Shown piece after piece: positions 21,370 through 30,505 of a stretch of 64,000 nucleotides of DNA. A program made the translations under genes and the position numbers. How positions within the stretch are numbered: position 1 is the stretch's first letter; each line of letters opens with the position of its first letter. The notes beneath the pieces are model-generated. The model was not told where the DNA came from, ran no database searches, and saw only the letters and a program-made list of their open reading frames with translations. This stretch comes from an uncultured Cytophagales bacterium (GTDB lineage: Bacteria > Bacteroidota > Bacteroidia > Cytophagales > JAAEPT01), in assembly GCA_963815495.1 (NCBI GenBank), contig CAWFGW010000007.1, positions 193,531 to 257,530 of the forward strand. The letters are read 5' to 3'.

Positions 21370-24300
21370 ATGTATAGTTTAAACAAACTGATCCCATTTC
21401 TCACGCTTTGTTATTTTCTTATTCTAAAAACGCATGCTCAGCAATGCTTTGAACTCCATGACCCAGGCGCAAATACGTATACCTGTATTTCAATTGATAA
21501 TAACAATAATGTATGGGTAGGAACAGACAAACAAGGCTTGTATAGCTTTAAAAATAACACATGGCATAAATCTTCTTACCTCTCTGAAAATAAAATTACC
21601 CAAATTGCTCCTGACAAAAATGGCGGTATATGGGTTGGTCAATCGGGACGTAACTTTCAGGCCCACGGTGGTGGAGTAAGTTATATTGCAGCTGGAGAAT
21701 CCAGTGAAACACATTATACCTTTAGTTTTGTGAATAATGATCGAGAAGGTTATGGGCTTCCTACATCAAAAATTCAATCCGTTGCCATTGATTCCATTGG
21801 TAGAGTATGGGCTGCAGGATCTTATAACAACCTGTATGTTAGCGGTGTAGGTAATTATCATAATCCTGGTGGAGTTTCTATATTAACTCCTGGGGCTGAT
21901 CGCTTTAATGAGATTGCTTCCTCATCAATGAACTACTCAAGTGTAGGTTTAATAGATGGTCCACGAGGAAATAACGTCATACCAATAACTGGATCTGGAT
22001 GTATTAGGGACTGCATTACTTTAGCACCAGCTAAAGGAAAAATGTATTTAGGATGGAAAGGAGTTGGCGATTGTTCTTATGATGCTAGAATAAGAGCTTT
22101 TAATATTCCTGGTGGTGGTGCTGGGCTAAAAATGGCTCCACTTTATTCATTTGATACAAGAAATTCACCTTTTCCTTTTAGTGTAGCAATTAGCCCTGAA
22201 GCCATAGCTGTAGATAAATCTAACAATATTTGGGTTGGTCTACGAGCTGGAAATGGTTTTGGAGTATATGAGTATTTCCATGAACTGGATAAAACTAACA
22301 AATGGCATTACGTTGTCAGCGACTCCAATAACATTACTGTAAATCGACATGCGATTGGCGTATCAAAAAAATCCTCTATTGTAGCCATAGGAACAGACAA
22401 AGGGCTATACGTTTATAAGGGTGAAGGGAGTATAGGTGATCTAGCCAATTATCAGATTTTTAATTCAACGAATAGCAATATCCCAGGGGACAATGTAACT
22501 GGGGTTGCTATTGATAACAATGATCAAATCTGGATTACAACCGACAATGGTGTGGCTTCCCTAGTGTTAGGTGAGTTAGAAATGTATACACTAAAAACAA
22601 ACTACCGATTTTATGACCCAATTTATTATACTACGAGTGCTTTCAGTAGCGATAGTTTACGTTATCGTATTTCTAAGTTTGGTCGCTTTTCCTGCAACAA
22701 TAATGATGAAACGGAGGAATATGCAGAGATAGCAGCAGATGGGTCAAAATCCACTTTATTTCTTTGGAAAGGAGCAAACGCAGACAATGTAGCACTCAAA
22801 ATCAAAGAAGATGTGTCGGAAGACAAAGAGGAATACGGTTATTTCACGTTGATTCAAGAAAATAGTAATTCGGATAGTGTGAAATTTCTATACCACCACC
22901 CTACACACCTACCTACGTTATATTCTTTACCACAGCCACCAGTCCATCAAATTTTCACGATACAGGTCGTAGACAAAACAAGCTCCGAAGTTTATTATTC
23001 AGAAAAAGTAAAAATCGTACTTCCTCCAGTATTAATTGAACATGGCATCTTCAGTGATAAAAGTAAACTGAATGGTATTGTCAATCACCTCGTAGAAACG
23101 GGCAATTATAAAGAATACATGATCCGCAAAGGAGGTTTTGACAAAAGTACTATTGGCTTTTCTATTGAGGCAATGAGTTATCAAGTAAGGGAAGATTTAA
23201 ATGCACTACAGCAAACCTGTGCGGAAAATGGTTTATCAATGGGTAAGGCAATTGTCCTTGGTCATAGTACTGGCGGTCTGGGTGTGAGAGCTTATACTCA
23301 AAAAATGTATCAAGAAAACATCAATAAATTTATATCCATACATGTTCCTCATTCAGGTTCCCAGTATGTTGATTTATTAGCAGATTCACGAAAAATCAAT
23401 CTAGAAAATATTATCCCTGGTTTAAGTTCAACTGAAGTTGAAATTAATATAGGTGAGTTTATCATGTACCCTACTTTTTTCAACCAACGTAATGAGGGCT
23501 ATAAGGATATTAAAGATTTTATTCCTTTTCCAGGAAGATCAGGAAAGCTACTCTCCTATTATCTCGACCGAACACTTCCCATAGCTCCCACAAACATGGG
23601 GTTATATTATGAGCGAGAAATAAAAACAAATTCAGAAATCCTCGAAAGATTAAACAGCAGCTCAGGTTTAGCAGCTGAACGTGAACAAAACATCCCTACC
23701 CACGCAATAATTGATAATTATACTTATGGCATTACTGGACTTGAAGTGGATTTAATCGCTAAGATGACAGGGATAGATGACCTAGTTACTGCACCTATTC
23801 AATTATTAAAAATTGGTGGTGGAGTTGCTGGAATGTTTTTAAGGTATATTATTGTGCAGAAAGCAAGTGCAAAAACTGGCTCAACATTTCAAGATTTTGT
23901 GATATGGTCAGCTTCAAAAGCAGGGTTAAATAAAGGTGTGTCTGATTATGTCCTTGAAAAATATATTTTCAAAGATTTAAGTGATGGAGTTGTCTCTATT
24001 GAAAGTCAAAAAGGTGGTTTAGCTCCCAATGCGATTTCCTATGACACCGAATTTGATGTTGCCCATGAAAGTTCAAAAGACATCAAAGGCATGGAGAATT
24101 CATTTGATGATCAATTGTCGCAATTACGAATTTTTGATTTAGTGCGTGAGTTACCTAATTCAGATAAGTTTACAACTTCAGGATTTGACCCCCCGGTATT
24201 GAGTTATGACTTTTTGGAGTTTTTGGGTAAACCCGCACGAAAAGCTAAAACACAACGTGCTGCTAGAACCAGCTCCTTGGAAGTAGGTAAAATAACTTTT

Positions 24301-25161
24301 GGAAGAGAGGCTAAAGGTTTTAGTTATATGCCTGGTGATTCTGTTGAAGTGTCGATTACTAAGTTCAATTATGAAAATGCGCTAGGGTTAGTTTCATTAT
24401 ATGGTAAGAACTTTCAGCCTTTAGAAGCTTTTGTAGGTGATTCTACTACTGCAATTAAATTTCAAGTTCCTGCAAATGCTTTAGGGGAAATTATGTTAGT
24501 TGCAGAGGTGTTTGATACACTCAATGCAACCATCACACTGGATACATTGTCTTTGAATATTCAATTAGCACCAGGAGTTACCATTGATCGAATTGCTGTT
24601 GATGTGGAACAAGGGCGTGACCTGTATACGTTTGTTGATTCAACAACTAGTTTTCAAATCACTGCTTTTTATAGTGACTCATCCGTTCGGAACATCACCC
24701 CTAACGCAGGTTTTAAGTTAGAATCAGTACTTGGAAACTTTACAGTAGACTCCCTAGGAAACATAACGGGCGTAGAACAGGGGCTTGATATGCTAAAAAT
24801 AAACTACAATGGGTTAAGAGACTCTGTTTACGTCATTGTTTCAGCAAATCCTTTTAAAGAAAAACCTGGAATTATTACTAGCAATAATGATGAAAAAGCT
24901 AAAGAAATTCTAGTTTCTACATTCACAGTTTACCCCAACCCTACTGAAGATATGATGAAAATTGGCTTAGAAGGATTTAGTACTTCCATTCAATTAAAAC
25001 TAATAAATTCATTAGGTGTTGAAGTACTTGATGCAACAAAAGAAGTAAAAGGAAATGAAGTTTCTATTGACGCAAACTCGTTTTCTTCAGGAATATATAT
25101 ACTTCTAATTCATGACCTAAAAACAAGCCGAACGTACAAAAAAAGAGTCTTAATTAGATAG
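21370..25161 (+). CDS. Paralog of 15451..19569: propeller, lipase-like alpha/beta hydrolase, BIg, T9SS type-A CTD
   Basis: 1263-aa ORF. Same domain order as 15451..19569: PVLIEHG, nucleophile-elbow LGHSTGG, SIHVPHSGS, BIg-like region and the C-terminal FTVYPNPTEDMMKIGL...GIYILLI...KKRVLIR sorting domain. Confidence 0.75.
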   Translation: MYSLNKLIPFLTLCYFLILKTHAQQCFELHDPGANTYTCISIDNNNNVWVGTDKQGLYSFKNNTWHKSSYLSENKITQIAPDKNGGIWVGQSGRNFQAHGGGVSYIAAGESSETHYTFSFVNNDREGYGLPTSKIQSVAIDSIGRVWAAGSYNNLYVSGVGNYHNPGGVSILTPGADRFNEIASSSMNYSSVGLIDGPRGNNVIPITGSGCIRDCITLAPAKGKMYLGWKGVGDCSYDARIRAFNIPGGGAGLKMAPLYSFDTRNSPFPFSVAISPEAIAVDKSNNIWVGLRAGNGFGVYEYFHELDKTNKWHYVVSDSNNITVNRHAIGVSKKSSIVAIGTDKGLYVYKGEGSIGDLANYQIFNSTNSNIPGDNVTGVAIDNNDQIWITTDNGVASLVLGELEMYTLKTNYRFYDPIYYTTSAFSSDSLRYRISKFGRFSCNNNDETEEYAEIAADGSKSTLFLWKGANADNVALKIKEDVSEDKEEYGYFTLIQENSNSDSVKFLYHHPTHLPTLYSLPQPPVHQIFTIQVVDKTSSEVYYSEKVKIVLPPVLIEHGIFSDKSKLNGIVNHLVETGNYKEYMIRKGGFDKSTIGFSIEAMSYQVREDLNALQQTCAENGLSMGKAIVLGHSTGGLGVRAYTQKMYQENINKFISIHVPHSGSQYVDLLADSRKINLENIIPGLSSTEVEINIGEFIMYPTFFNQRNEGYKDIKDFIPFPGRSGKLLSYYLDRTLPIAPTNMGLYYEREIKTNSEILERLNSSSGLAAEREQNIPTHAIIDNYTYGITGLEVDLIAKMTGIDDLVTAPIQLLKIGGGVAGMFLRYIIVQKASAKTGSTFQDFVIWSASKAGLNKGVSDYVLEKYIFKDLSDGVVSIESQKGGLAPNAISYDTEFDVAHESSKDIKGMENSFDDQLSQLRIFDLVRELPNSDKFTTSGFDPPVLSYDFLEFLGKPARKAKTQRAARTSSLEVGKITFGREAKGFSYMPGDSVEVSITKFNYENALGLVSLYGKNFQPLEAFVGDSTTAIKFQVPANALGEIMLVAEVFDTLNATITLDTLSLNIQLAPGVTIDRIAVDVEQGRDLYTFVDSTTSFQITAFYSDSSVRNITPNAGFKLESVLGNFTVDSLGNITGVEQGLDMLKINYNGLRDSVYVIVSANPFKEKPGIITSNNDEKAKEILVSTFTVYPNPTEDMMKIGLEGFSTSIQLKLINSLGVEVLDATKEVKGNEVSIDANSFSSGIYILLIHDLKTSRTYKKRVLIR

Positions 25162-25220
25162 ATAGTGTTGAGAGCAATTTTATCAGAGATTGAAAAATTT
25201 CTATTTCTCTTCATAAAATA

Positions 25221-25266
25221 AAATCATCATTGTATTAACACAATTTTAATACAATGATGATTTTGT
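25221..25266. terminator. Bidirectional terminator hairpin between convergent genes
   Basis: Perfect 16-bp inverted repeat AAATCATCATTGTATT (25221-25236) / AATACAATGATGATTT (25248-25263) with an 11-nt loop. It is flanked by A-rich and T-rich sequence and sits between the stops at 25161 (+) and 25296 (-). Confidence 0.7.
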
Positions 25267-25295
25267 CTATTGCAAGTATTGTAAATATTAATAGC

Positions 25296-25874
25296 TTAAA
25301 CTCTTGAAGCAGCCATTTCATTTACTACTCCGCGAGCGACTTCTGTTAGTTTCTCATCAGCCGCCTTTTCTTCATTCAACGTCTCCTCTAACAAACGAGT
25401 GGCATCTGCAAAACCTAATGTCCTTGCAAAAGTTCTCAATGAACCATAAGAAGCTATTTCATAATGCTCTACTTTTTGAGCAGCAGTAATAATTCCAGCA
25501 TCACACATCGCTCCGCTTTTACTTTCTTTCATTATTTCTTCTGCTTCTTCGATTAAACCAGCCATCGCTTCACATTTCTTATCAGTTGGTTCCTTATCAA
25601 TGGATTCGAAAACTTTTTCGATGCGGTTAACATGTTCTTCTGTTTCTTTTAAATGATTTTGTAATCCATTAATTAGTTGCTCGTTCGATGCTTTGTCAAT
25701 CATTTTTGGAATAGCCTTAGTCAAAGCTTTTTCTGCCCAATAAATATCTTTTAATTCGTCTTCAAACAATTGCATTAATTGTGTGTTTTTGCTATTTTTT
25801 TCTTCCTGCTGATCTTTTTTTATCATTTCAGGAGAAGCTTTTCTATCTTTAGTTTTCATTGTTGAATCTTCCAT
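25296..25874 (-). CDS. Ferritin-like DUF892 (YciE/YciF-family) stress protein
   Basis: 192-aa ORF. LKDIYWAEKALTKAIPKM ... EHYEIASYGSL matches the DUF892 four-helix-bundle family. The start may be the internal MKTKD. Confidence 0.8.
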   Translation of the reverse strand: MEDSTMKTKDRKASPEMIKKDQQEEKNSKNTQLMQLFEDELKDIYWAEKALTKAIPKMIDKASNEQLINGLQNHLKETEEHVNRIEKVFESIDKEPTDKKCEAMAGLIEEAEEIMKESKSGAMCDAGIITAAQKVEHYEIASYGSLRTFARTLGFADATRLLEETLNEEKAADEKLTEVARGVVNEMAASRV

Positions 25875-25928
25875 TGTAATTATTATTTATATATAAGTGT
25901 TTAAATCTGTATGCAAATAATTTTAGGT

Positions 25929-26429
25929 TTAAAAAATCAATTTACCATCCTTCCCTAGATCAGCTTTTTGACCTGTCACAGCGCTTACCCCCATCTTAAA
26001 TAAGGTAATCAGTTTATTATTTTTTGAATCCCAGTAGTGAGCTTCCAAAGGCTTAACCATAATAGCACTTATATTAGGATCATCTATACCTTCAAACCAG
26101 GCATCATCACTTTTGTCATACAACTCTTCTATTATTGAATTCGCTTTAATAATAAAAGCTTCGCCATAGATAGTTAAAAATTGCATGGTGCTTGGTTTTG
26201 AATAAATCAGCTGAATATTGTGGTCTTGATGGATATCAGTGTTATGAGTTGAATCTCTTCCACTAAGAAACCAAATATTCCCTTCATGGTCTACTTTTTT
26301 GGTAGACATGGGTACCGTATTAAAAGGTTTTGTATCCAAATTAGTTGCTAACATTGTGAAATCTATCGAATCGACAAGTTCCTTAATTTTAAATATGGCA
26401 TCTTTATCGTAAAGGTTTTTAGTACTCAT
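25929..26429 (-). CDS. Pyridoxamine 5'-phosphate oxidase-like / general stress protein 26 family
   Basis: 166-aa ORF. The layout (MLATN..., NIWFLS, KPSTMQFLTIYGEA, HYWDS) is typical of the PNPOx-like GSP26 family. Confidence 0.7.
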   Translation of the reverse strand: MSTKNLYDKDAIFKIKELVDSIDFTMLATNLDTKPFNTVPMSTKKVDHEGNIWFLSGRDSTHNTDIHQDHNIQLIYSKPSTMQFLTIYGEAFIIKANSIIEELYDKSDDAWFEGIDDPNISAIMVKPLEAHYWDSKNNKLITLFKMGVSAVTGQKADLGKDGKLIF

Positions 26430-26780
26430 ACAAATCTGGTTTATTTATTGTGTTACAATAAAAACTGGCTAAAGCTGTGCCAAATGAAATAACGCCTGTA
26501 AGGCACTTTCTAAAAATTGTGCGGGGATAAATATCAACAACTTGCATTTATCTTGTTACCCACTTCTACAACTAACAACTATTATCAAAGATATTTATTC
26601 ATCCATGCTAAAAAGATGACTCCAGCTCTTATGTCATATTTCCCTTAAGGATGAAAGACAGGATATAATTTTTTAAGAATGTTTGTCATTCATCATTAAA
26701 CTTAACAACATATATAAATAGAAACTTTCATAATTGTTTATTAGAATTTAAATTCGTGTCTTATTAAATAATGAATATAC

Positions 26781-27491
26781 ATGGGAAGAGCGTTTGAATA
26801 CCGAAAAGCTGCAAAAGAAAAACGATGGGGCAAAATGTCTACTTTGTTTCCAAAATTGGCTACCGCTATACAAGTAGCTGCAAAAACTGGAGGAACCGAT
26901 CCTGACATGAATGGTGCTCTCCGCACAGCTATTCAAAATGCCAAAGCTCAAAATATGCCTAAAGATAATATTGAGGCAGCAATAAAAAGAGCTGAAGGCA
27001 AAGATGCCGCTACACTTCACGAGATGAACTATGAAGGCAAAGGACCACATGGTGTCTTGGTGTTTGTTGAATGTACTACAGATAACCCGAATCGTACGGT
27101 AGCTAACGTTAAATCGTATTTCAACAAAGCTGGAGGGAGTGTAGTACCTACTGGATCATTAGAATTCATGTTCTCACGTAAGGCTGTATTCAAAATTAAC
27201 AAAACCGATAAGATTGATTTAGAGGAATTAGAGTTAGAGTTAATCGATTTCGGTTTAGAAGAAATTGATGAAAATGACGACTTAATTTACATCTATGCCG
27301 ACTACACCAGTTTTGGTGAATTAAACAATAAAATTGAAGAATTAGGCTTAGAGATCAATAATGCTTCATTGCAGCGCATACCAACTACTCCCGTAGATTT
27401 CACAGAAGAACAACTCGTAGAAATTGAGAAAATGTTGGATAAAATGGATGACGATGAAGACGTTCAAGCTGTTTACACAAATATCAATTAA
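26781..27491 (+). CDS. YebC/PmpR-family DNA-binding transcriptional regulator
   Basis: 236-aa ORF starting [20 protein letters not shown], with [14 protein letters not shown] and YEGKGPHGV, which are near-invariant YebC-family motifs. Confidence 0.9.
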   Translation: MGRAFEYRKAAKEKRWGKMSTLFPKLATAIQVAAKTGGTDPDMNGALRTAIQNAKAQNMPKDNIEAAIKRAEGKDAATLHEMNYEGKGPHGVLVFVECTTDNPNRTVANVKSYFNKAGGSVVPTGSLEFMFSRKAVFKINKTDKIDLEELELELIDFGLEEIDENDDLIYIYADYTSFGELNNKIEELGLEINNASLQRIPTTPVDFTEEQLVEIEKMLDKMDDDEDVQAVYTNIN

Positions 27492-27496
27492 CAATT

Positions 27497-27520
27497 AAAG
27501 CTCCAAAAGGAGCTTTTTTT
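27497..27520 (+). terminator. Rho-independent terminator of the YebC-family gene
   Basis: AAAGCTCC-AAAA-GGAGCTTT followed by a T-run, starting 6 nt after the stop. Confidence 0.75.
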
Positions 27521-27578
27521 ATGTCATTTTTAAACAAAAGCTGCTTTCGGGTGTATAAGTAATGTAATTAACTTCCAT

Positions 27579-28022
27579 ATGAAAATAAAACTTACCACAC
27601 CTATAAACCGAGATTATAAAGAAGTCTACCAACTTTTTAACCGAGAACTCTTTGAATTTTTAAGTCCTGTATTCCCTAAAATTCAAGTCTTACGATTTGA
27701 TGGATCAAAAAAAGGAGATTTCATCCACTTAAAATTTGGGTTTCCTTTATACAAAAAATGGGTAAGTGAAATCACTGAAGATGATATCAATTTGGAAAGG
27801 TGTTATTTTATAGATGAAGGAAGGGAATTACCACCTGGTATCGTATATTGGAAACACAAACATATTGTTAAAAAAACGGGTGAAAATAGTTGCGAAATTA
27901 TTGATGACATCGAGTTTAAATCGTGGAATCGTCTTTTTTCCCGAATTTTTTATCCTATGTTATACATGAGTTTTTCTCCGAGGAAAGAACTTTACACAAA
28001 ATTCTTTTCTGCAAACAAATAA
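27579..28022 (+). CDS. Hypothetical protein (possibly SRPBCC-fold ligand-binding)
   Basis: 147-aa ORF with clean coding appearance. Size and strand/helix pattern resemble SRPBCC proteins, but no diagnostic motif was seen. Confidence 0.35.
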   Translation: MKIKLTTPINRDYKEVYQLFNRELFEFLSPVFPKIQVLRFDGSKKGDFIHLKFGFPLYKKWVSEITEDDINLERCYFIDEGRELPPGIVYWKHKHIVKKTGENSCEIIDDIEFKSWNRLFSRIFYPMLYMSFSPRKELYTKFFSANK

Positions 28023-28071
28023 ACATTAGGCGAAGAGTATTGTTATTTTTTTTTAAAATCCAGCGCTAATT

Positions 28072-28485
28072 ATGAATGAAGAAAAAAAAATGATTTCCGT
28101 TATCGACTCCTATTTTGTTCGTGGATGCTTTATACTTCCGTTAGGAGCATTCGGAGTCATGCATCTCATTTATCCTCATTTTTTCGATTACATGGTACCC
28201 CAGTTCTTAGGACCTCCTACACCTTGGGTTTATCTTTCTGGTATCATCTTAACTGGAACTTCTATTAGTATTTTTTTAAAAAAAGGAGCCTTTATTTCAT
28301 CGGGGTTGCTTGTTGTTTTTGTAGTAATCTTCATTACCTCTGTAGACATTCCTTTTGTAATAAATAACTCAGTGCAAGTAGAGTACTTTCTCATTAGCTT
28401 AATGAAAGATTTAAGCCTTTTAGCAGGGAGTTTAATCTATTTCGTTATCCATAGAGGTGATTCTAAACTCATTCCTTGGCTCTAG
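28072..28485 (+). CDS. Small integral membrane protein (DoxX-like, four predicted helices)
   Basis: 137-aa ORF with four hydrophobic segments. The family assignment is tentative. Confidence 0.35.
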   Translation: MNEEKKMISVIDSYFVRGCFILPLGAFGVMHLIYPHFFDYMVPQFLGPPTPWVYLSGIILTGTSISIFLKKGAFISSGLLVVFVVIFITSVDIPFVINNSVQVEYFLISLMKDLSLLAGSLIYFVIHRGDSKLIPWL

Positions 28486-28831
28486 CTCTCATGTAGTGTT
28501 CCATTATTTGCTCAACTAAAGAAAAAACGATAATACTTATCACAAAAATAATTGGCACACCTACCCAATCCATAATCCAATTAAAGTCGCGCTCACTAAT
28601 TTCCATCGTATCTATTTTATTAGGAGCAAACGTTTTTTTCAACCCATACTTGAGGTTGTTGTCAACTTTAAAAATTCCTCGAAGCATGGTATAAACAAAA
28701 TAGGCAATGAGTGCTGCTACACCGTTTGAAATTAACTCTCGGATAATACCTTCCTTACTAGGCTTTTGGAGGCGAGCTTTTTTTGCGCCTTGCATAAAAA
28801 ATGAGATTTCTCTTTTTATTATATCTAGCAT
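28469..28831 (-). CDS. Hypothetical membrane protein
   Basis: 120-aa ORF with two hydrophobic helices. Its 3' end overlaps the convergent gene 28072..28485 by 17 nt. Confidence 0.35.
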   Translation of the reverse strand: MLDIIKREISFFMQGAKKARLQKPSKEGIIRELISNGVAALIAYFVYTMLRGIFKVDNNLKYGLKKTFAPNKIDTMEISERDFNWIMDWVGVPIIFVISIIVFSLVEQIMEHYMRARAKE

Positions 28832-28893
28832 AATAACACCTTATTATCAAAAAAACTCCTCTATTGTACTTCCCTTTTTAATACTATTCACAT

Positions 28894-28925
28894 AAAAAAA
28901 GCGAAGAGTTGCTTCGCTTTTTTTA
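28894..28925. terminator. Bidirectional Rho-independent terminator
   Basis: AAAAAAA-GCGAAG-AGTTG-CTTCGC-TTTTTTT, 3 nt from the stop of the minus-strand gene 28928..30418. Confidence 0.65.
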
Positions 28926-28927
28926 TT

Positions 28928-30418
28928 TTAATGTTCGTGATCATGACTTTCTTCCTCCTCTTCCTCTTTCTCTTGAGGAAGACCAAGTTTATCATTGAGG
29001 ATTTTTTTAATGATACCCACATCTACTTTCTTCCCAATTATCTTTTTATCCTTATCTAAGATATAGATGGTTGGTGTACTAAACACATTATATACCGTTC
29101 TGTACGCATGCTGGCTGGCAAACATGTCCATATTTTTAGCACCTTCATCCCGAGTATTTATCCATGTGAAACCATATTTATTAATAAACTTTTTATACTC
29201 CTTATCTTCTTTATCTATTGAGACGGTATATACTTCAACACCTTTATCTTTCACTTTCTGATAATATTCCCAAAGTTTCGGTGTCGCTTTTTTACAGTGA
29301 CCACATGTTGCAGACCAGAAATATAAAATTGTATAATCTGCATCAACATCATGTAAGGAATAACTTTTACCTAAAGTATCACGAAAGAAAATGTTCGGAG
29401 GAACGTCTCCACATAAGTTATAACGCTTTTTTGCCACTTCCTCTTCTAACTTCACACGTTGAGTTGAGTCAATCCAATCGACTCGTTTGTCTTGTAAGTA
29501 ATAATTTTTGTATAGATACCAAGGTACTTCATCCATACACATGATTTTAGAATCACCGTATTTTGAAGTTAGATGATTTAACATATATCTAAACATGGCG
29601 TAGTTACCAGATTTACCAACTTTATCATTTAACAAATAATTACTTTCTTTAATCAATGAATCCCAATGCTGGGCAACAAGTTTATCTAAGTAGTAATCAA
29701 TTTTTCCTTCAAAAACAGGTGTGCGTAACATCCGCTCATCTTTAAAATCAATATTGTCAAAAAAGTGGGTTTTAAAATATTGATATTTAAAATTTTGAAC
29801 CAAGCTATCCGCCATGCCTTCTGGAGCATCTGGAATTGCTACATCTTCCATGGATTTGAACAAGACAGCGGCAAAAGTATTGGGGTTTTCAGCAATAAAA
29901 TTCTTTTTATAATCAATTAACTTCTTATCCAACGCTCTTAACTCCACTAACCGTTTTTCAGCTTCAGCAGGATTAGTTTCTTTCAACTTACGGTACTCAT
30001 CTGATTTTTGGCTAATCGATTTACTGATAGGAGTGATGAAATTTAAGTATTTATAAAAAAGTACATTTTCGGGCGACCCCTCAAACACCATGTTTTTCAC
30101 ATAGTCTGAAGTATCTGTTTTCATACTAAATTTGGTAGCATCATTGACAATGAAGTCAAAGTATTTACCATCTGGAGCAACCACTAAATAAATACCTTTA
30201 GGTAATTTTTTATCACCTTCAAATACTAAATTCCCTTTATTATCTAACACTCTTGCAGAATCTTGAAGCAATTTTTTTTCACCATAATAATAGGCTAACT
30301 GACATAAACTGTCTTTGGGAGCTCCTTTAATTTGAAGATTGATTTTATAGCCTTGTGAAAAAGCATTTACGAAACTCACCAAGATTGCTAATAATAGAAC
30401 TCGCTTCATTTTTATCAT
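28928..30418 (-). CDS. Secreted thioredoxin-fold (TlpA/AhpC-TSA-like) thiol-disulfide oxidoreductase with a long N-terminal domain
   Basis: 496-aa ORF with a signal peptide. The CxxC motif WSATCGHCKK sits in a C-terminal thioredoxin fold. The tail is acidic and His-rich: EEEEEESHDHEH. Confidence 0.8.
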   Translation of the reverse strand: MIKMKRVLLLAILVSFVNAFSQGYKINLQIKGAPKDSLCQLAYYYGEKKLLQDSARVLDNKGNLVFEGDKKLPKGIYLVVAPDGKYFDFIVNDATKFSMKTDTSDYVKNMVFEGSPENVLFYKYLNFITPISKSISQKSDEYRKLKETNPAEAEKRLVELRALDKKLIDYKKNFIAENPNTFAAVLFKSMEDVAIPDAPEGMADSLVQNFKYQYFKTHFFDNIDFKDERMLRTPVFEGKIDYYLDKLVAQHWDSLIKESNYLLNDKVGKSGNYAMFRYMLNHLTSKYGDSKIMCMDEVPWYLYKNYYLQDKRVDWIDSTQRVKLEEEVAKKRYNLCGDVPPNIFFRDTLGKSYSLHDVDADYTILYFWSATCGHCKKATPKLWEYYQKVKDKGVEVYTVSIDKEDKEYKKFINKYGFTWINTRDEGAKNMDMFASQHAYRTVYNVFSTPTIYILDKDKKIIGKKVDVGIIKKILNDKLGLPQEKEEEEEESHDHEH

Positions 30419-30505
30419 AATTTTCTATCCAACAATTATATTACCAACTATTAATTATATACTGATTAAAGTTAACAAATTTAAAAAAAAGCAGTTATTA
30501 AGTCA

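Noticed and set aside
26741-27050. Minus-strand ORFs 26741..26926 and 26748..27050 overlapping the 5' end of the YebC-family gene
   Set aside because: The plus-strand frame encodes the near-invariant YebC N-terminus ([20 protein letters not shown]). The antisense ORFs have no motifs and an atypical Cys/Phe-rich composition.
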